From Lingula anatina (lineage: Eukaryota > Animalia > Brachiopoda): a DNA stretch of 64,000 nucleotides. A program made the translations under genes and the position numbers. Under the pieces are notes generated by a model, which was not told the DNA's origin, searched no databases, and saw only the letters and a program-made list of their open reading frames with translations. Of the stretch, positions 58,193-64,000 are shown one piece after another (the first letter of the stretch is position 1; every line of letters begins with the position of its first letter). Location of the stretch: contig CM120641.1 of assembly GCA_051362555.1 (NCBI GenBank), positions 47,870,401 to 47,934,400 on the forward strand, written 5' to 3'.

Positions 58193-59514
58193 TGGCTGAC
58201 AGCACAGCAGTATGCACTTCAACAATAAACCAAAGTTCAAGATACAAAAATAGTAAAAATACGTCCTGTCTTGCCTTCCCTCCAACTCGGGATTTTATTT
58301 TGAATAATGAAAAATAAACACTTATTAGAATACTACAAGTCTATAAGAAGGACTAGATATTAATATACTATATTACATGGAATAAAAGAGATGCATTTAC
58401 CACTGCCTACTTAAAGAGCACCTTACATGTGTCACAGGTAGAAAAGAAAACATTAGAGATTCAGTTTGGCACGAGGCCAACTGTTTCATTCAGTGCCCCC
58501 AGTATCAGAGCATATTAAAAAGCAACACCAATGCTGCTCATATAGAATAATTTCTTCACTGAATGTAGCGAGTCTTGGTATTTGACTTCAGGTAATCGTC
58601 CTTCACTTATTTGCATAAATATTCTTGCACTGTAAAAAGTACCTGCACAGAGTTCAAAGTTAACAAACTATACAGGAATGCCAGTGATCTATAATTTGAA
58701 AAATAGAGTAGCTCCAAAAGTATTCTGTGACAAAGATCATGCAATCGTTAGTACACACACACTGGACAATAGAAGTGTCACCCCCTGAATCAGAGTAATC
58801 AAAGTTATTAACCTGAAGAGGCAGACTATAAGCAATGTCAGAATATCGATACAGTTGAATTGTTCAGTCAGAACCGTTTCTTTTGTGAAATTTGATGTTA
58901 ATAAAATAATACCAGGAGCATATCATTCCACAGTCATTTATCTCCCCCAAAGTATTGGTTCAGTAGGGGTGACACTTCTTTTGTCCAGTGTGTGTAGATC
59001 AAAACTAAACATTGACCGGTTACTGATACCCAATGATGGATTAAGACGACGAGTCTGAGACAACACTGTATCTACAGCACCTGCCTTACATCAAAATCCA
59101 TAAATACTAACACTACTTTCATCAAAGAACAGTGTTTACCACAGTGTATACTTATCAAAGAGTAAATTTCAATAACGCAAAATCCCTACTTATTTAAAAG
59201 TAGAAAACCTACAAGATCCGTTGCCAAGGAGGCAGGGCAACACAGCAAAAGAAGAGTTATTTCAGTTCATGTCTTCCTATACTAGTTCATGCTTTTGTCA
59301 TACGTCAGTCTATACTATAGGCAAGATTTCATGCTCATCATTCGCTACATATAAATGTATTTTAAAACATCTCTACATAATTACAAAACTTTGGTCTTAG
59401 ATCTAATAAATATTAACCAAAAACACTGCACAGATTTCGTTTGTGCTCCAGCTTTCAGTGCTACATAAACTACAACATTAACTACAACAGAGATTATGTC
59501 AGAAGTGTATCGAA

Positions 59515-62500
59515 CTACGCGCGTGAGTCTGCGATCCCGAACACCCCTGTGAGAACGCCGAGGATGAGGCCGCAGCAGGCTAGACCGTAGGAGTAATGAA
59601 GCTCCTCGATGTCTGGTTTCCTGGCCCCGTATATCGCCACTCCGATCAGAGAGAACACACCTGCAATATAACACAACAGGACGCAGTTAACACATGGGAC
59701 TACTTCATAGCCTGAGTGTGCCTTAAAATAAGAGTTTGTCACGGGATAAAAATAGAAAAATATATAATCAAATATATAATCGACATTAATCATATGTGAG
59801 ATCCAGGTCTCCGTAAGTCTCTTCCCTTATCAGTGCTATTACGTTTTTATTACTCACAGACATATTTTTTTCAAAAGAGATAAACACCAGCTTAATGCAC
59901 GTTGTTATGGTCACGTTTCTTACCAGAGATAAAGCAGAGGAATATCCAGACTGAGGCCACAGGACGCTTCCTAAGCGGTGACATACAGGAGTAGAGGAAT
60001 AAGATGACCAAGGTCACTGCAAACCCACCGCTGCCAATCATAAACGTCCACTGCACCGCCTTGAAGTAGTCTGCAATGACAAAGAAATGGAATCAATAAA
60101 TTATAATAACATTGGGAATCCCGTCTTAAAATCTTTCTTAAAAATTAGACCATCTGACTTTCTTTCAAGACCCCCTCTTTCAAGACATGATCACCGGTCT
60201 TCATTCAAGGATGATTCTTTATTCATACATGCACCTGCGTAAGTGGGACTCACCTTTCACACTGATAGTTCTTTATAAATCATAAACTGTTGAGACTTAG
60301 TTGTTCCAGTAGAATATTCTATCAAATGATATTTAATACATAAAGATTATCGCATTATACGACTGTTACACGCATGTTGGTCAAGATCGCATTCCTTCAA
60401 AAGAGAGCAGCAGGGTTAATGGAAGGGGGGGGTAAGGCCGCACAATTTTATTATCATAAAGTCCCATTTGCGGTTTTTATATAGCCTTACTTAAGTCAAA
60501 GACTTCACATTCATAATACGTATATTTTATACATCATATCAGAATTATTTATTCAAAAAAATTCTGATGTCGGGATTGAGGTTTGTTCTCTATATTCCAA
60601 AACGCTAAGTCAACATTAAGTTGCTCGTCTTCTGACAGTTGTATCGTATAATACTAGGCTTTATCAACTCAGTGTGGTATTTTGGGCGTTACCAGGTTTT
60701 TTTTATATTTTACCTATCTCCAACAGGGAGGCGGGAAAAATGCGCCCGTTAAACGATAAAGCGGCGTTAACATATCTTATTTATTAAAATTATTTTCTTT
60801 TTATACTCTATATCTATGAAAATACTATCTAGGCCACTACTGCAGTAGTGTCCTGGCTAGCGGCCACACAACATGAAAACCATTAACTCTGACCTCGGAA
60901 TTCTTTCCGTCACCGATAGTAGGCCAAGTCGTATTTCACTGCGTTATTAATTTAGCCCGCGGTTAACGGGGTTCGACCTCTGCGGACAAATACGCACACC
61001 AAATACTACATTGTATCTTAGGGTGCATTTCCAGAGATTTAGATCGATCCAGAGATTTAGATTTAGATCGACCTAACTCCCTGGGGGTTCACGCTAAATT
61101 GCAGTCAGCCGAGCGCGCACCATAGTTAATTACCCCCTTACAGCTTTTAGTAGGCGGGACAGACGCTTAAGCCGGCTAAGCTGAGAGTAATCTAGTGAGA
61201 CTCCCCACAGGGATAGATCGATCTAAAATCTATGGGAATGGGGTCTTAGTGCCTATAGTGTGTTTATCAGTTAAGTTACATTTCCCAAATGCCTCGTCAT
61301 TAAATCTCACTTAAGTCTAGGGCGTGTCTCTGATACTAATTCTGACATTTAAAGGTGTAACTTTTACACTACAGTTTGGAGGTTATTTAAACACTTGTCT
61401 TCACAGTGAGAAATGAGGTACAGGTAAAACCTCGCGTGACACATGCTAGTGTTATCATTGAGAAGGTATTTTAGACTGCCCAGCGACAAAGTCCTGTAGC
61501 TGTGTAACCCGCCCCCGCAACACTAGAAAATGGGAACGCCTAGAAAAGAGGTTATTTCCATAATCCTCAAAAATTGCCATTTTGTCAAACTTAAAATATC
61601 GACTGCAGATTCAATTTACGAACCATGTTCATAAAACTCACATCATCATGTTTTTATGTGTGACTTGATATGTTAACGACCTGCATTGTCAGCCTTGTCT
61701 ATTTTACGGAATAACACCTGTACACCCACTGTTCTCTATGTTCCCCTTAATTGTTACTTTCTATATGCTATTGGCGTTAAATGACCAAACTGAAGAGCCT
61801 GTTCTACAATTAATCAGCTCTCAGAACACGTATGTACTGTTAGTTAACGATGGAGAGCATAGAGGCTGTATATATTGACTGTAATAACTACCAATAGCAT
61901 TGTTAAACGGGCTGAAAAAGCACCATTTAGGTCAATATTAATATCAACTGAGCTACTTCCAAATGTACTGCGCTTGTATACAGTTGTACCTAGATATTCA
62001 TATATCGCCGGCAGCAGTGTTTTCTGATATGTTTTATATAGACTCATCATGTCCACGCCCATATTGCCGCTCTGAACTGCATAGTTTGAATCATCACTCG
62101 GCTCTGCTCTGCATCTGAGCATTCAAGGACGTAAATCTGGCCACTGTATTGTAATCAGCCGTTGTAGGCCTAATGGCCTCCTCGATCTTGGCCAAAGTAC
62201 TTAAAGAATCTGTTCACGGACTAATGGTCCGTAAAATACAGTTTATCAAATTTTATTGGTCTTTAACAAGTTTCTTGTAATAACTCAACGCAACTTCTCG
62301 ACCGTGACCAACGGGGGATAAACACTCCTCCCCCATTCTCATCCCTACCCCCCCCCACCCCCTACAAAAACGCATGGCTTAAACTTACCAGATAAAGAAT
62401 TAATAGCCACAATTAGCATGCTAACAGTTTAATCGACCTTGACTATCGAAATACTCGCATAAATTAACCTTGTTTGGACGGTTATTGAAATTCTGATAAA

Positions 62501-63264
62501 TGAGATTGCATGTACATTGTTCTAAAAGTAACAGAAAAATGGGAAAAAAGAGCTGCTCTTCACCTACTGGACCTACGAAACGGGGAGGAAATGTGAACAG
62601 GGAAAACATCAATACGGGAATAGGAAAAAAAGTAGCTGGGTTTATTCACATAAGTCACATTGGCTCGCCTTAAGATAAGCAATATAGCACTCCATCTTCA
62701 ACACACTCGATTTATGAATTGCAAAAATCACGAGTACTTTGTAGTCAATACGATCACGCCGAGATTGGTTACACCGACGGTAAAATGTCTAAAATGAGCT
62801 CATCCAGACACACCTGACACCGTCCCATTACTGGGCATACTGCTGAGAGAGCCGTTTCCAGCAGGGACTGAACCCATTCTGGCACCTGCGACTTTCTTGT
62901 GCCTGATATCAAGATTACCGAGATCAATAAGGCGGTGAATACTGCCAGTGTGAAAACAAGTAAAACATCAGGATATTAAACTCTGTGTCAAATCTAATTA
63001 CCCGTATAATATAGGAAGAATCACAAAGCAGCACACTGGTGTCTGGACAGTGTATGGTACCAATGTACAGTATATGGTATTCTTACCGTCGCCATCTCTG
63101 TCTCCGCATAAGTCTCCTGTACACCACCGCCAGAGGCCTTTCCACGTATTAAAGAAGTCTATGCGAGACCAGCCCATAGTGGCAAAGGCAATAACATTGC
63201 ATATGTTGGCAAGAAGGAGGAACACAAGGCATATCTTCAACGTTGTCGAGCAGGATAAAGCCAT
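59515..63264 (-). CDS. PMP22/EMP/MP20/claudin superfamily tetraspan membrane protein, 156 aa, 3 exons
   Basis: Exons 63264-63087, 60070-59924 and 59660-59515 (471 nt, phases 1/1). Four hydrophobic helices, W...GLW..C....C first-loop signature (GWS...WKGLWRWCTGDLC) and YSYGLA before TM4. Confidence 0.88.
61021..61245. mobile_element. PIF/Harbinger-like MITE (family E-related)
   Basis: GGGTGCATTTCCAGAGATTTAGATCGATC..GATCGATCTAAAATCTATGGGAATGGGGTC with TTA on both flanks; internal similarity to 2355-2590 and 51100-51340. Confidence 0.72.
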
Positions 63265-64000
63265 ATTGACGCCGTCTGTGCTGGTTCCAATGTATTCAGG
63301 TGGTGTTCAATGCACGAGACAAGAACCCAATGTACACTGATCCAGTGCGTAGTATCTAAGCAAGAAAGCGAGGACAGGCTACAAGCGCTGCTGGTCTGCA
63401 ATAACCTATCTCTCTCGAACACAGTGAATGAGCTCTACAGTAAAAGTGAATGCTTGGTAGATACGCCCAGCCATAAATCGCGTCATATGTAAATAGGCCC
63501 ACACTCCATGCACTAGTAGGATCATTTCCGACCTCGTTTTACCAATGAAGTAGACAGCTACAGTGTAGATCAAAACGAGGTACATGCGTGTATGATGCTG
63601 CCACAGGTTGTCCGTGATACAGCAAATCTATCCAAAAATGTTTTTTATCCTGTGGGGGCGTTACGTTAAATGATTCATTTATGTGAGTTGTACTATAGCA
63701 CATGATGGACTGCTCACATACACGTGACGGTGAAATCACAGCAGTGTATGATAAAAAGGAGAACCCGTACTTTGTATTATCACATGCATCTATATTGTTA
63801 CATGTTATTCAATATGACGCATATAACAGTCATATGGTCAGTGTGTCTTTTTTTTTTTTTTTTTTTTTTTGCTAATGAATAGATCGTGGGTCAAATATCT
63901 GCGCCAAGGTTACATTGATATCAACAGTGTTCCGTTTCTTCAAGTCACCCTCTCGTCATGTTCGTCACACACGTCATCGTGTAAGCTATAAACGCCGTAT

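Noticed and set aside
60955-62900. tRNA or tRNA-SINE suggested by GGTTCGA (~60970) and a GGGTTCAGTCCC-like motif (~62865, minus strand)
   Set aside because: No cloverleaf or properly spaced A box could be built.

Overview
AT-rich, intron-rich eukaryotic (invertebrate animal, plausibly lophotrochozoan) DNA; not prokaryotic. Five spliced protein-coding genes lie head-to-tail on the minus strand: the 5' part of a secreted VWA-domain protein (runs off the left edge), an 18-exon GH35 beta-galactosidase (GLB1L2-like, ~667 aa), a 23-exon kinesin-3 (KIF28/KLP-6-like, ~1060 aa), a small Thr-rich single-pass membrane protein and a 3-exon PMP22/claudin-superfamily tetraspan. Introns and intergenic DNA hold a 5'-truncated LINE, a short poly(A)-tailed retro-insertion and many non-autonomous TIR elements with 3-, 5-, 6- and 8-bp target-site duplications. 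The most unusual signal is at 5' splice sites. In two neighbouring genes the 3' end of a coding exon plus its GT donor has been tandemly amplified into the intron (11 x 46 bp; 5 x 64 bp), creating ladders of competing donors. Several MITEs also sit within ~25 nt downstream of donors. All gene models were built by eye from GT-AG sites and frame continuity, without transcript data.
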